DNA from: a candidate division WOR-3 bacterium
Lineage (GTDB): Bacteria; Hydrothermota; UBA3073
Length of the DNA stretch: 64,000 nt
NCBI GenBank assembly: GCA_030606335.1
Contig: JAUWGP010000004.1
Coordinates: 10,091 to 74,090 of the forward strand
Direction of reading: 5' to 3'
Shown: positions 18,637 to 27,870 of the stretch, in pieces
Numbering within the stretch: the first letter of the stretch is position 1
Layout: each line of letters begins with the position of its first letter
Program-made: the position numbers and the translations under genes
Notes under the pieces: model-generated
Seen by the model: the letters and a program-made list of their open reading frames with translations, nothing else
Told to the model about the DNA's origin: nothing
Databases searched by the model: none

Positions 18637-19512
18637 ATGCGGACCAATAGAATAAAGGAAATAGATATACAGAAGTATGTGTTGAAAAAGGAGTGGGATA
18701 AAGCAATTGGACTATATAAAGATATAATTGGTGAAGGTGGAGAAAGCGGTGACATATATAACCGGCTCGGTGATATGTACATGAAGAAGGGAGAAAAAAC
18801 TGTTGCTTTAGAAAATTATTTGATATCGATAGAGTTGTATATAAAAGAGGAACTTTATGATAGTGGGACTGCTATATGTAGTAAGATGCTTAGATACGGT
18901 TTAGAAAGACCTGATCTTTATTTCAGGCTGGCACAGTTGAATACAAAACTTAACCTTGCTTTCGAGGCAATAAGATGGTTTAACACGTACTTGAGTAAGG
19001 ATTCAAAACTTATATACCTCAAGAAATATATAAATGAGTACCAGGAGATGATAACGCTACTTGCAGGCCATGACCTCCTTTTAGAAAAGGTAAAGAATAT
19101 TTATATTAAGGCGAATCTCAAGATCGAGGCATTAGATAAACTTTTCAGAATAAATGTAGAGGGTCTTACAGAAGAAGATACTGAATTTATGCTCTCTACA
19201 ATAAGGTCTATCAAGGGATATATTGAAGAAGGAGATACGAGAAATAGGGATGAAGAGATAGAGGTATACAGAAATCTCAAACTCCATAAGCAGGCAATAG
19301 CTGTATTACAGAAACCACTTAGAGACTCACCAAACGATATAGAGAAACTGAAACTCCTGGGTTTGTGTTTTCTTGAGAACCATAAACCACGACTTGCGAT
19401 TAGAATCTTCAATAATTTAATTGAAAAAAAAACGATGTCTAAAGATATAGTTGAAGAGATTAAGATGTATATTAGCCTGGCACAGACAATTAAAAAGTAT
19501 GTTACAGCTTAA
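18637..19512 (+). CDS. TPR-like helical-repeat protein
   Basis: WDKAIGLYKDII...IYNRLGDMYMKKGEKTVALENY and further helical repeats. ATG 18637 (ORF track TTG 18622). Confidence 0.55.
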   Translation: MRTNRIKEIDIQKYVLKKEWDKAIGLYKDIIGEGGESGDIYNRLGDMYMKKGEKTVALENYLISIELYIKEELYDSGTAICSKMLRYGLERPDLYFRLAQLNTKLNLAFEAIRWFNTYLSKDSKLIYLKKYINEYQEMITLLAGHDLLLEKVKNIYIKANLKIEALDKLFRINVEGLTEEDTEFMLSTIRSIKGYIEEGDTRNRDEEIEVYRNLKLHKQAIAVLQKPLRDSPNDIEKLKLLGLCFLENHKPRLAIRIFNNLIEKKTMSKDIVEEIKMYISLAQTIKKYVTA

Positions 19513-19942
19513 AACAAAAGAAAGATTAGTAGATTTACTCTTAAATGAAGAGATAATCTCAAAAGATGACCTTAACAAGGCGATGGAGCATCAATGGGAG
19601 AAAGGTGGGGAAATAGAAAAGAGCCTAATTCAGTGTGAGTCATTGGGTGAGATGGAGCTTGTGAAGATATTTGTAAGAATACTCGGGTTTCCTTTATACA
19701 ATCCGGATTCTATAGTTGATAAAAGACCATTGGCTCTTGTCTCGAAAGGAACAGCCAAGAAGTATTCTCTGATTCCCATCAAATCTAACAATAAATATAT
19801 AATTGTTTCCATGGCAAACCCCATTGATAAGGAGGCAATATCCACTGTAGAGGATGAAACAGGACTAAAAGTCATAGCAATGGTTGCACCAAAGAGCGAG
19901 ATTGATAATACTGTAATCAAGCACTATCGTTTATTTAAATGA
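19499..19942 (+). CDS. stand-alone T2SSE_N / MshEN-domain protein
   Basis: RLVDLLLNEEIISKDDLNKAMEHQ fits the spacing of the 24-residue MshEN helix motif. Followed by ALVSKGTAKKYSLIPI...IIVSMANPIDKEAISTVEDETGLKV, as in GspE N-domains. Starts 14 nt before the upstream stop. Confidence 0.7.
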   Translation: MLQLKTKERLVDLLLNEEIISKDDLNKAMEHQWEKGGEIEKSLIQCESLGEMELVKIFVRILGFPLYNPDSIVDKRPLALVSKGTAKKYSLIPIKSNNKYIIVSMANPIDKEAISTVEDETGLKVIAMVAPKSEIDNTVIKHYRLFK

Positions 19943-19976
19943 GGGAGTGAATAAAGAAGTAACAGGGATATAAATT

Positions 19977-20396
19977 ATGCTTATAGAAGATGTTCTTAAG
20001 TTAGACATTAGTAGAGATTGTATTGACGAGAAGGAGCCATTTACCCTTGGTGTAGTCTTTATAGAGATGGAATTGCTGGAATATGCCAGGGAAGAACTTA
20101 AAAAGGCAAAGAAGCATACAAAGGCACCAGTAAAGGAGATGGAGATACTCGGTCTTCTATATTTTGATACAGGAGAAGTAGAAAGTGCAATAAAAGAATT
20201 TAAGGAGGCGTTAAAATTGGCTGAAGAGTTTTCTCCAATATCCGTAAGACTATACTATAATCTGGGCATAGCCTACGAGAAGATAAGTCAACTTGAAAAG
20301 GCAATTGAATCTTATGAGAATGCTTATATAAGGGATATATATTACAAGGATATAGAGGAAAAGATAATCCAATTAAGGCAACTGACTCTTGAATAG
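19977..20396 (+). CDS. TPR protein
   Basis: LGLLYFDTGEVESAIKEFKEALKL and YYNLGIAYEKISQLEKAIESYENA. Confidence 0.65.
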   Translation: MLIEDVLKLDISRDCIDEKEPFTLGVVFIEMELLEYAREELKKAKKHTKAPVKEMEILGLLYFDTGEVESAIKEFKEALKLAEEFSPISVRLYYNLGIAYEKISQLEKAIESYENAYIRDIYYKDIEEKIIQLRQLTLE

Positions 20397-20497
20397 GATT
20401 TACGTCAGAATGTGAAAACCATTTATACATTTATAAGACTTTAATCATTTTAAGTGACACATTATTTATTAATTTTATCTTACACAAGGAAGATAGT

Positions 20498-21733
20498 ATG
20501 ACAGAGGGTATGTGGGATAAGGCAAAGGAGAATGGGATTATATCCGCTTCGCAACTCAAAGAAGCTCTCCAAGTGCAGAGAAATGAGGGTAAGGAGCTCG
20601 AATTCTGTCTTTTTGATATTGGGGCACTTGATGAGGATAAATGGATTGAATTTCTTATAAACAACTACGGCTGTCGCACCATTGACCTTGATAAGATGGA
20701 AATAGATGAGGAAGCAGTCAGAATCATTCCCGCACGTGTTGCGAAATCTTTATTTATAATACCAGTTAGAAAGGCAAGGGATGCAATTGCCATCTCGATG
20801 ATCAATCCTTTAAATCAGAATATACTCAAGTTTATCTCACATATTACAGATTATGAGATTTTACCCTTTGCAAGCAAAAAGAGTCAGATAGAAAAGGCGA
20901 TAGAGGTTTTTTATGCAGGAAGGGGGGAAGGGAAGCTTACTTTTTTCCCGCTTTTAGAGACTATGGAGGGAATTCCATTGGTTGATGAATTTTCTTTTGA
21001 AAAATTCGTAGTCGACCGTGGAAATGAATTCGCATACTCCCTTGCGCTTGCTGTTGCCAAGAGTTATAATGATGAATACAATCCATTCTTCATATGGGGT
21101 GATGTTGGACTTGGAAAAACGCATCTTCTAAATGCAGTTGGAAACTATGTAAAGAATGATTCTACAGAAAGAAGTTTCTGTTATACATCTGCAAAGAAGT
21201 TTGTTAATAGACTTCTTACTGCAATTCAGGAAAATACCCTTAAGGAATTCCAGGATAAATATAGTACAATAGATGTTTTACTTCTTGACGATGTAGAGTT
21301 TCTTATTGGAAGAGAGAGGACACAGGAGGAATTTTTTCATATTTTTGACCTTCTAAGTCACCGTAAGTGTCAGATAGTTTTAACCAGTGATAGACCTCCT
21401 GAAAAATTAACAGAGTTGATGAAGAGACTTACATCAAGATTTGCATCAGGTGTAGTAGTTGAGATAAAGGAGCCTGTTTTCGAGACTAAGATGGCTATTT
21501 TGAAGAAACATGTTGGGGACAAGAAGATTTCAGATGATATTATTGAATATATTGCCAAAGAAGGACCAGGCAGTGTAAGAGGGGTCCTTGGTTTACTTCA
21601 TAAGATTATCTCTCTTGCTGAATACAAGAAAGAAGAAGTGACCCTAACTCTTGCCAAAGAGGCTCTTGATTTGAAAACAGAGGAGGAGGAGCAATTCACT
21701 GTAAAAGATAACATAGAAACAGATAAGGATTAA
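20498..21733 (+). CDS. MshEN/T2SSE_N domain fused to a DnaA-type AAA+ (domain III) module, with no DnaA domain IV
   Basis: N-terminus NGIISASQLKEALQVQ...RIIPARVAKSLFIIPV...AISMINPLNQ. AAA+ region has GDVGLGKTHLLNAVGNYV, VLLLDDVEFL, RTQEEFFHIFDLL, QIVLTSDRPP, RLTSRFASGVVVEI and GSVRGVLGLL. The protein ends with an acidic tail. Confidence 0.75.
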   Translation: MTEGMWDKAKENGIISASQLKEALQVQRNEGKELEFCLFDIGALDEDKWIEFLINNYGCRTIDLDKMEIDEEAVRIIPARVAKSLFIIPVRKARDAIAISMINPLNQNILKFISHITDYEILPFASKKSQIEKAIEVFYAGRGEGKLTFFPLLETMEGIPLVDEFSFEKFVVDRGNEFAYSLALAVAKSYNDEYNPFFIWGDVGLGKTHLLNAVGNYVKNDSTERSFCYTSAKKFVNRLLTAIQENTLKEFQDKYSTIDVLLLDDVEFLIGRERTQEEFFHIFDLLSHRKCQIVLTSDRPPEKLTELMKRLTSRFASGVVVEIKEPVFETKMAILKKHVGDKKISDDIIEYIAKEGPGSVRGVLGLLHKIISLAEYKKEEVTLTLAKEALDLKTEEEEQFTVKDNIETDKD

Positions 21734-21819
21734 GATATTTTAGAAGAAGATAAGACCAAAGGAGGATTACCTTATTTGCTGATATATATGTATATTCTTA
21801 GTTTTGAAGGGGGAGAGAA

Positions 21820-23412
21820 ATGGAGATAAGTAGGATAAAAGAGGTTTTAGCCAGACCTGTCTTTTATACCGCAGAGAAAATACTTGGACTTGATATTGGT
21901 AGTAGATTTATTAAAGTCGTTCAAGTTCAAAAAACTACCGGGGGATATAGTGTTAAGAAAGTCGGGTTGAAAGAACTTCCTCTCGACGTAATAGTTGATG
22001 GAGAGGTGATGGATGATACTACACTTGTTGATTTAATAAGTTCATTTATCAAGGAATTCCAGGCTGAGGATACTCAAGATAAGGATGTTGCACTGATTAC
22101 ATCAGGTAGGGATGTTCTTATTAAATCAGTAGAGACAGAATTTAAGGAGAGGGAAATAGAAAGAAAGAAAAAGGATATTGCAACAGCCAATATACCTTAT
22201 GATATTGAGGATGTCTGCTATGATACAATGACGTTAAAGGGAAAGCCAAATAGGGTTGTTATAGCAGCAGCCAAGAAAGATAGGATATATTCTATACTTG
22301 GTATAATTCAAGATGTAGATCTCAAGCCAGTAATTATAAGCATGGTTCCAATTGTGCTTGCTAAGCTCTTTCGTATAAACGGACTCATTCCAGATAAGGG
22401 CGACTATTTAATAGTGAGTTTATGCAGTGATAGAACTAATGTCATATCAATTAGAGATGGCGTATTCAATAATTATTTAGATGTAAGGACAGGAGTCGAT
22501 GTTTACTTGAGGAGTATTGCTAAAGAGCAGCAAATACCCGTTGATGAAGCAGTGCCGATTATTCTTGGTGAGGGTACTATAACAGAGAGGGTTGCTAAGA
22601 CATTAAACTATAATAACCGTAGTATTGTGCAGCAGGTCAAGGCTTTTATAAAGGCAGACGGTTTGAAATGTGAAGAGATAATTCTTACAGGTGAGGGTGC
22701 AACTATCCCAGGTTTGAGTGAGTCCATACAAAATGCTACCGAGGTTGTTTGCAAAATAGGTGACCCTTTTGTGGGTATGTCAACTGAAACGACCATTGAA
22801 CTACCCAATAGATACGATATAGCATTCGGTCTTGCTATTCTTGGTCTCAGAAATGAAGGTGTGAATCTTCTTCCAGTTGAAATGAGACCCAGAAAAGAAC
22901 AGAAGTTGGTTTCTCTACTCAAAGGGAGCTTTCCTTTGTGGGCAGGAGGATTAACTTTTCTTGTGCTGGCTCTAATATATATTCTAACAGCAATGAGTGT
23001 GGGTAATTATAGAACTCAAACAAAATCATTAAGGGTTCAGGAAACAACTGTGATGGAGAGAATGGCACTCCTGGATGACCTGAAAAAGAAAAGGCAGGAA
23101 ATTAGAAAGAGAATTCAGATTGTAGAGCAATTAGAAGAAGGAAAATATTCCAGGGTTAAGTTATTAGACGAATTAAACCATATATTACCTCCTTATACAT
23201 GGCTTACGTATCTAAGTGAAGAAGGAGGCGAAAGGAGCTTTGCCGTCTTGATAAAGGGGATAACTGGAAGTAATCTTGGAACATCTGAGTTTCTTAAAAG
23301 ACTCGAGGATTCCCCGCATTTTTCAGGAGTTGAATTGTCTTTTACAAAGACTAGTGAAGCCAGCGGGGTTGAAATTACCGAATTTGAGATAAGAACAATA
23401 TTTAGTGAATAG
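21820..23412 (+). CDS. pilM: PilM-PilN fusion (actin-like ATPase fold + TM + PilN domain)
   Basis: ILGLDIGSRFIKVVQV is PilM-like. VNLLPVEMRPRKE followed by TM helix LWAGGLTFLVLALIYIL and a coiled coil is PilN-like. 530 aa. Confidence 0.8.
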   Translation: MEISRIKEVLARPVFYTAEKILGLDIGSRFIKVVQVQKTTGGYSVKKVGLKELPLDVIVDGEVMDDTTLVDLISSFIKEFQAEDTQDKDVALITSGRDVLIKSVETEFKEREIERKKKDIATANIPYDIEDVCYDTMTLKGKPNRVVIAAAKKDRIYSILGIIQDVDLKPVIISMVPIVLAKLFRINGLIPDKGDYLIVSLCSDRTNVISIRDGVFNNYLDVRTGVDVYLRSIAKEQQIPVDEAVPIILGEGTITERVAKTLNYNNRSIVQQVKAFIKADGLKCEEIILTGEGATIPGLSESIQNATEVVCKIGDPFVGMSTETTIELPNRYDIAFGLAILGLRNEGVNLLPVEMRPRKEQKLVSLLKGSFPLWAGGLTFLVLALIYILTAMSVGNYRTQTKSLRVQETTVMERMALLDDLKKKRQEIRKRIQIVEQLEEGKYSRVKLLDELNHILPPYTWLTYLSEEGGERSFAVLIKGITGSNLGTSEFLKRLEDSPHFSGVELSFTKTSEASGVEITEFEIRTIFSE

Positions 23413-23457
23413 GGTTAGCGTAGAGCGTATTGAGTAGGGCGATTGACGAGTACCAGA

Positions 23458-23543
23458 GTATATCAGGATATTAGCAGATCAGTAGGCAGAATATCAGATT
23501 ATCAGAGTATCAGGAGGTAGGAGTCCGTCGTTTGACGGACGAT
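23458..23543. repeat. ATCAG-family fragment plus gtccgtc hairpin
   Basis: tatcaggatattagcagatcagtaggcagaatatcagattatcag and gagtccgtcgtttgacggac. Confidence 0.7.
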
Positions 23544-23612
23544 AAAAGGTTATAGGGCAGGTCTGTGGTATAGATTTTTGACAATATTTTTTTGTAAATA
23601 AAAGGAGGTGGA

Positions 23613-24131
23613 ATGAAGAAGAAGGCGCTTATTTTACTGCTCTGTCTTTTGCCTATTTTAGGTTGTGAGCAGATGGAAGATGACCCTGATAACGCCATTG
23701 TAACTGGAGTTGTGTATAGACATGTTGTCTTTACTGATTCGATATTTCAGTGCGAGGATTCAATATGGGTTTATACAGATTGGTATTATACTGACCCAGC
23801 AGAGAGTGTTCAGGTATGGGTCGAAAGTGATGAGATGTCAGGGGTACCTTACATAGGACCTGATATTATGGGTTATACCGACTCAGAAGGAATATACAGA
23901 ATACCGATATATCTTGGACATACATATGGCACTTTTTCTGGGGATGTCTATAGTGAACTTTTAGAAGATTTCACAGGATATACCTTTAAGTATTATGCTG
24001 ACGTAAGGGTGTTCTGTGTATACAAGGGTGGATGGTTTTATGATTTTGGGGGAGGTCTTACTCTAAAGGCAGGCGAGGAATTTATTTTATTCCCTGTCTG
24101 TTTAGAGTGGTACGCATCCCAGGGAGATTAA
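23613..24131 (+). CDS. hypothetical lipoprotein inserted between pilMN and pilO
   Basis: Lipobox LLCLLPILGC after AAAGGAGGTGG. Contains a CarboxypepD_reg-like stretch VTGVVY...GYTDSEGIYRIPIYLG. Confidence 0.6.
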   Translation: MKKKALILLLCLLPILGCEQMEDDPDNAIVTGVVYRHVVFTDSIFQCEDSIWVYTDWYYTDPAESVQVWVESDEMSGVPYIGPDIMGYTDSEGIYRIPIYLGHTYGTFSGDVYSELLEDFTGYTFKYYADVRVFCVYKGGWFYDFGGGLTLKAGEEFILFPVCLEWYASQGD

Positions 24132-24144
24132 AAAAGGAGTTATC

Positions 24145-24714
24145 TTGGATGTGATGTTGAGAAATAAGATAATAGCCTCCGGTGTAATAGTGGGAATCCT
24201 CTGTCTTATCTTTTTCACCATAATTTATCCGTCAAAACGGAAGACATTTTTGAATCTTAAAGGAGAATATACAGAACTCGATAGAACAATGAGTATAGCA
24301 AGAGAAAATTTGAAACAATACAGCAGGTTAGAGAGAGAGTACGATTCCCTTATTACGACATGGAGGAGGATTGAGCTGCTTCTGCCTGAAGAGAGGGAGA
24401 TACCGAATCTTCTTGAAGATATTGCCAGGGTTGCAAAACGGTGTGGAGTGGTTGTTAGTGAATTCAAACCCCTGGGCCCTATTCCGCATGGTTTCTCTAC
24501 TGAAATCCCTATTAGTTTCAAATTACGCAGTAGTTACCACCAATTCGGAAAATTCCTATCAGAGATTTCGCGGCTTCCAAGATTGCTAAAGGTGGGACAA
24601 TTGAATATAAAACCGTTAAGAGAAAAAGATTCGGAGATAATTACTCTACAGGCAGATTTTATTGTTTCCGCATATACTGTAGCAAAAGAAATTTCGCAAG
24701 CGGGGGGAAAATGA
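24145..24714 (+). CDS. pilO: type IV pilus biogenesis protein PilO
   Basis: N-terminal TM, coiled coil, IPNLLEDIARVAKRCGV and FGKFLSEISRLPRLLKV. TTG 24145 lies 5 nt after AGGAG (alternative ATG 24154). Confidence 0.75.
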   Translation: MDVMLRNKIIASGVIVGILCLIFFTIIYPSKRKTFLNLKGEYTELDRTMSIARENLKQYSRLEREYDSLITTWRRIELLLPEEREIPNLLEDIARVAKRCGVVVSEFKPLGPIPHGFSTEIPISFKLRSSYHQFGKFLSEISRLPRLLKVGQLNIKPLREKDSEIITLQADFIVSAYTVAKEISQAGGK

Positions 24715-25481
24715 ACAAGTTTTTTGGAGCATTAGTATGTTTGTGGCTTTTCCTTCTTAATGGACAAGCATTCCCTGCAACTATAAACGACATAGCTGTT
24801 TCTATAACTGACACGTGCACTGTAATCTCCGTCATTACTGATGCAGCAGCCTACAAGGAGGTGCACGTTCCTCCTCCACCAAGAATTGTTGTAGATTTTT
24901 CTCAATCAGAGTATAGTGCAGATAAACTAAGAATTGATGTCAATAAAGGGAATCTCATAGCTGTTAGGATAGGTCAATACAAACCTGATGTAACAAGAGT
25001 GGTTCTGGATTTAAAAAAAGAAATGGCTTATACTATAAAGAAAACGGATAAAGGCTTTGATATTCTGCTTAAAGCAGGTGTATTACCTGAGGTTGGGAAG
25101 GAAGAGAAAAAGGAAATCGTAGAGCCGGAAGTAATAGAAGAGAAGGAGCAGAAAAAGATTATCGAAAGTCCGCAGGTACCGGAGATCTTTACGTATTCAA
25201 CAAGAGGAAGAAGAGATCCCTTTAAACCACTTGTTGGTTTAGCCTCTGAGGAGGATACACTTCTTGACATAAGGGGTGCGCAGGTTGTAGGAATTGTATG
25301 GAGTCCTCAGGAAAGATATGCCCTTATTCAGGCAGAAGATGGGGAGGTATTCATTGTTGAAGAGGGTGACAGAATAAGAAACGGAAAGGTAAGCAAGGTA
25401 GATAAGAAGAGTGTAGACTTTACTCTTTGGGAACTTGGAAGAACGGAGAGATTAACCCTTAGAATTATAGAAAAGGAGTAG
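24711..25481 (+). CDS. pilP: AMIN domain - K/E linker - PilP-like domain protein
   Basis: Signal peptide. AMIN-like IAVSITDTCTVISVI...PRIVVDF...VRIGQYKPDVTRVVLDL. PilP-like RRDPFKPLV...GIVWSPQERYALIQAEDGEVFIVEEGDRI. Confidence 0.7.
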   Translation: MNKFFGALVCLWLFLLNGQAFPATINDIAVSITDTCTVISVITDAAAYKEVHVPPPPRIVVDFSQSEYSADKLRIDVNKGNLIAVRIGQYKPDVTRVVLDLKKEMAYTIKKTDKGFDILLKAGVLPEVGKEEKKEIVEPEVIEEKEQKKIIESPQVPEIFTYSTRGRRDPFKPLVGLASEEDTLLDIRGAQVVGIVWSPQERYALIQAEDGEVFIVEEGDRIRNGKVSKVDKKSVDFTLWELGRTERLTLRIIEKE

Positions 25482-25483
25482 AA

Positions 25484-26677
25484 ATGAAAAGGTTGGTAGC
25501 TTCTTTACTCCTATCCCTTATCATATCTTTTTCATTGTATGCTGAGAGGGATAGACCCGTAACCCTGAAGTTTAAAAATGCTGATATAAGAACAGTTATA
25601 CAGGCATTTGCAGAGCTTGGTGATGTAAACATTGTAATATCTGAGAATGTAAGAGGAACAATATCCTTGAGTCTGAAAGATGTATCATGGGAAGATGCAT
25701 TCAAAACAGTACTACAGGTTCATGGTCTTGGAGCTGTTGAGCAGGAGGAAATGATTGGTGTAATGACTATGGTTGAGTTTGAAGAAAGAAGAAAGATGGT
25801 GGACCTTGAAACGCATGTCTTCAGGATAAGGTATGCTGATGCACGTGATATAATGGGCGTAGTAAGAGCTATGATGTCTGATAGGGGTGGTATAAATGTT
25901 GATACCAGAACAAACTCGTTAATAGTAACGGATATTCCGAGCAATATACCCAAACTTACAGCCTTGTTAGATACTATTGATAGTCCAACACCACAGGTAA
26001 TGATTCAGGCAAAGATAGTAGAAATTGATTATAAAACAGCGAGGGAGACAGGTATAAGGTGGTTTATAGGAGACCTGGATGATCCAACCAGAGACACCCA
26101 TATGGGAGGGGCATTAGATGCTCGTGGAGAAGCTCCATTTACCTTTACATTTGGGACGTTGCGAGCAGGCATAGATATAGATGCATTCATCGGACTATTA
26201 GAATCGAAGGATCAGGCGAGGATTCTATCAGAACCAAGTATTGCTGTAGCCGATAATGAGGAGGCGATGATTCTCTCTGGGAAAAAGGTTCCAGTAATTA
26301 CATTGGATATGGCAGGAAACAAAATAATTAGATTCTATGATGTGGCTCTCAAGTTTACTGTTAGGCCACATATAAATCCCAATAATGAAATTGTGCTTGA
26401 GCTCCATCCTGAGGTGAGTGACCTTTCAAGTGAGGCAACTGTTGAAGGTGGGATTATAATACTTTCGAACGAAATTAAAACGAAATTGAGAGTCTTAGAT
26501 GGAGAGACAGCAGTAATTGGTGGTGTTATAAGAGAGAGGGAGAGTAAAGTTGAAAAAGGTATTCCATTTTTGTCCAGCATTCCACTTCTTGGGCGTCTCT
26601 TTAAATACAGCAGTATAAGCAAGGACAGGGTCGAAATTATGATATTTGTAACACCCAGGATAATACAAACTCGATAA
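25484..26677 (+). CDS. pilQ: type IV pilus secretin PilQ (short form, no AMIN domain)
   Basis: N0-like VTLKFKNADIRTVIQAFAELGDVNIVIS, NSLIVTD, and secretin core ILSEPSIAVADNEEAMILSG...IPFLSSIPLLGRLFK...EIMIFVTPRI. Confidence 0.85.
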   Translation: MKRLVASLLLSLIISFSLYAERDRPVTLKFKNADIRTVIQAFAELGDVNIVISENVRGTISLSLKDVSWEDAFKTVLQVHGLGAVEQEEMIGVMTMVEFEERRKMVDLETHVFRIRYADARDIMGVVRAMMSDRGGINVDTRTNSLIVTDIPSNIPKLTALLDTIDSPTPQVMIQAKIVEIDYKTARETGIRWFIGDLDDPTRDTHMGGALDARGEAPFTFTFGTLRAGIDIDAFIGLLESKDQARILSEPSIAVADNEEAMILSGKKVPVITLDMAGNKIIRFYDVALKFTVRPHINPNNEIVLELHPEVSDLSSEATVEGGIIILSNEIKTKLRVLDGETAVIGGVIRERESKVEKGIPFLSSIPLLGRLFKYSSISKDRVEIMIFVTPRIIQTR

Positions 26678-26711
26678 ATCTTAATAATTAAAGAACTGAA
26701 ATAATTAACTT

Positions 26712-27110
26712 ATGCATGAAAAAATTATAATATCAAGAAAAAACGGATTTAGTCTGGTCTCAGTTATGGTAGCTTCTCTTATACTTGGGATTGGTATTGT
26801 TTCCCTAATGAGAATATTTACTGTTAATCCCTTTGTAAACGCTACTACAGATAGATTATCTCAGGCAACTAACTATGCACAGGACAAGATTGAGGAATTA
26901 AGGGCACTCGGATACATCAGTCTGGTGGATACAATAAATGCAGGATATACAACAGAAACAGACAGCATTGGACATATTGTAAGAAGATACATCCTTTCTG
27001 TTAATACGGTTAGTACTGTACAAGTAGATGTAAGGTGTTACTGGCAGGCACTACCCATAGGAGTAGTGGACACAGTAAGACTTATAACTCTCGTTTCCGG
27101 CCATGACTAG
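26712..27110 (+). CDS. minor (pseudo)pilin, PilV-like; Glu5 replaced by Ser
   Basis: KNGFSLVSVMVASLILGIGIV. Confidence 0.65.
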   Translation: MHEKIIISRKNGFSLVSVMVASLILGIGIVSLMRIFTVNPFVNATTDRLSQATNYAQDKIEELRALGYISLVDTINAGYTTETDSIGHIVRRYILSVNTVSTVQVDVRCYWQALPIGVVDTVRLITLVSGHD

Positions 27111-27198
27111 CAGGAATATAAGAGGATAAGAAATGTTAAATATCAAGAGGGTTTATTTCCGAGAATTAATCACAAGGTGTAATAAGGATATTAAAAAA

Positions 27199-27282
27199 TG
27201 AGATTGCCGCGTCCGTCAAACGACGGACTCGCAATGACCTTTTTCACTGTCATTGCGAACCGTAGGTGAAGCAATCGCTTTG
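27199..27282. repeat. family-A repeats (2 units)
   Basis: gagattgccgcgtccgtcaaacgacggactcgcaatgac and gtcattgcgaaccgtaggtgaagcaatcgc. Confidence 0.8.
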
Positions 27283-27329
27283 TTTGTTATCATAAAGGTT
27301 TGGGATATTCTCTAATTTTTTGATGTTAT

Positions 27330-27866
27330 ATGGGTTTTATAAATAATAACAGAGGTACTACATTAGTCGAGGTATTATTAGTAGCTGCGATAGGTGCCGT
27401 TATCGCTATTGTTGTGGTTGCGGTCCATATCAGTCAGGAAAGAATTTATGTGGGTGAAGATACCCTTATAAGGATGTTTCGAAATACAACGAGTGCAATG
27501 CTAAATATGACCAAGGTTCTGAGAATGGCAGGTTACAATCCTACTGAAAGTTCTATATTTGATAATTCTGTCAGTTACGGAGGTAGCGATAGCATTGAAG
27601 TGGTTATTGATTACAATGGAAACGGGGCACTGGATGGTTTGAATGAGATTGTAACATATTCGCTTAACGACTTTGCACCATGGGGTATTGATTCATTAGC
27701 ATTTGTATATCTAAATCGTAGGCATGATACACTCCCTCGACCTGTTCTTTCTGACAGTTTGCAATCTATAAACTCTATTCTGGTCACTGTTGTAATGAGA
27801 AGGGATAATAATGTTGCAGGACCTGAAAGATATGAGTTAGCACGAGAAATAAAGATGCGAAATTAA
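27330..27866 (+). CDS. minor pilin, PilW-like
   Basis: NNRGTTLVEVLLVAAIGAVIAIV prepilin-type N-terminus. Confidence 0.65.
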   Translation: MGFINNNRGTTLVEVLLVAAIGAVIAIVVVAVHISQERIYVGEDTLIRMFRNTTSAMLNMTKVLRMAGYNPTESSIFDNSVSYGGSDSIEVVIDYNGNGALDGLNEIVTYSLNDFAPWGIDSLAFVYLNRRHDTLPRPVLSDSLQSINSILVTVVMRRDNNVAGPERYELAREIKMRN

Positions 27867-27870
27867 AGAG

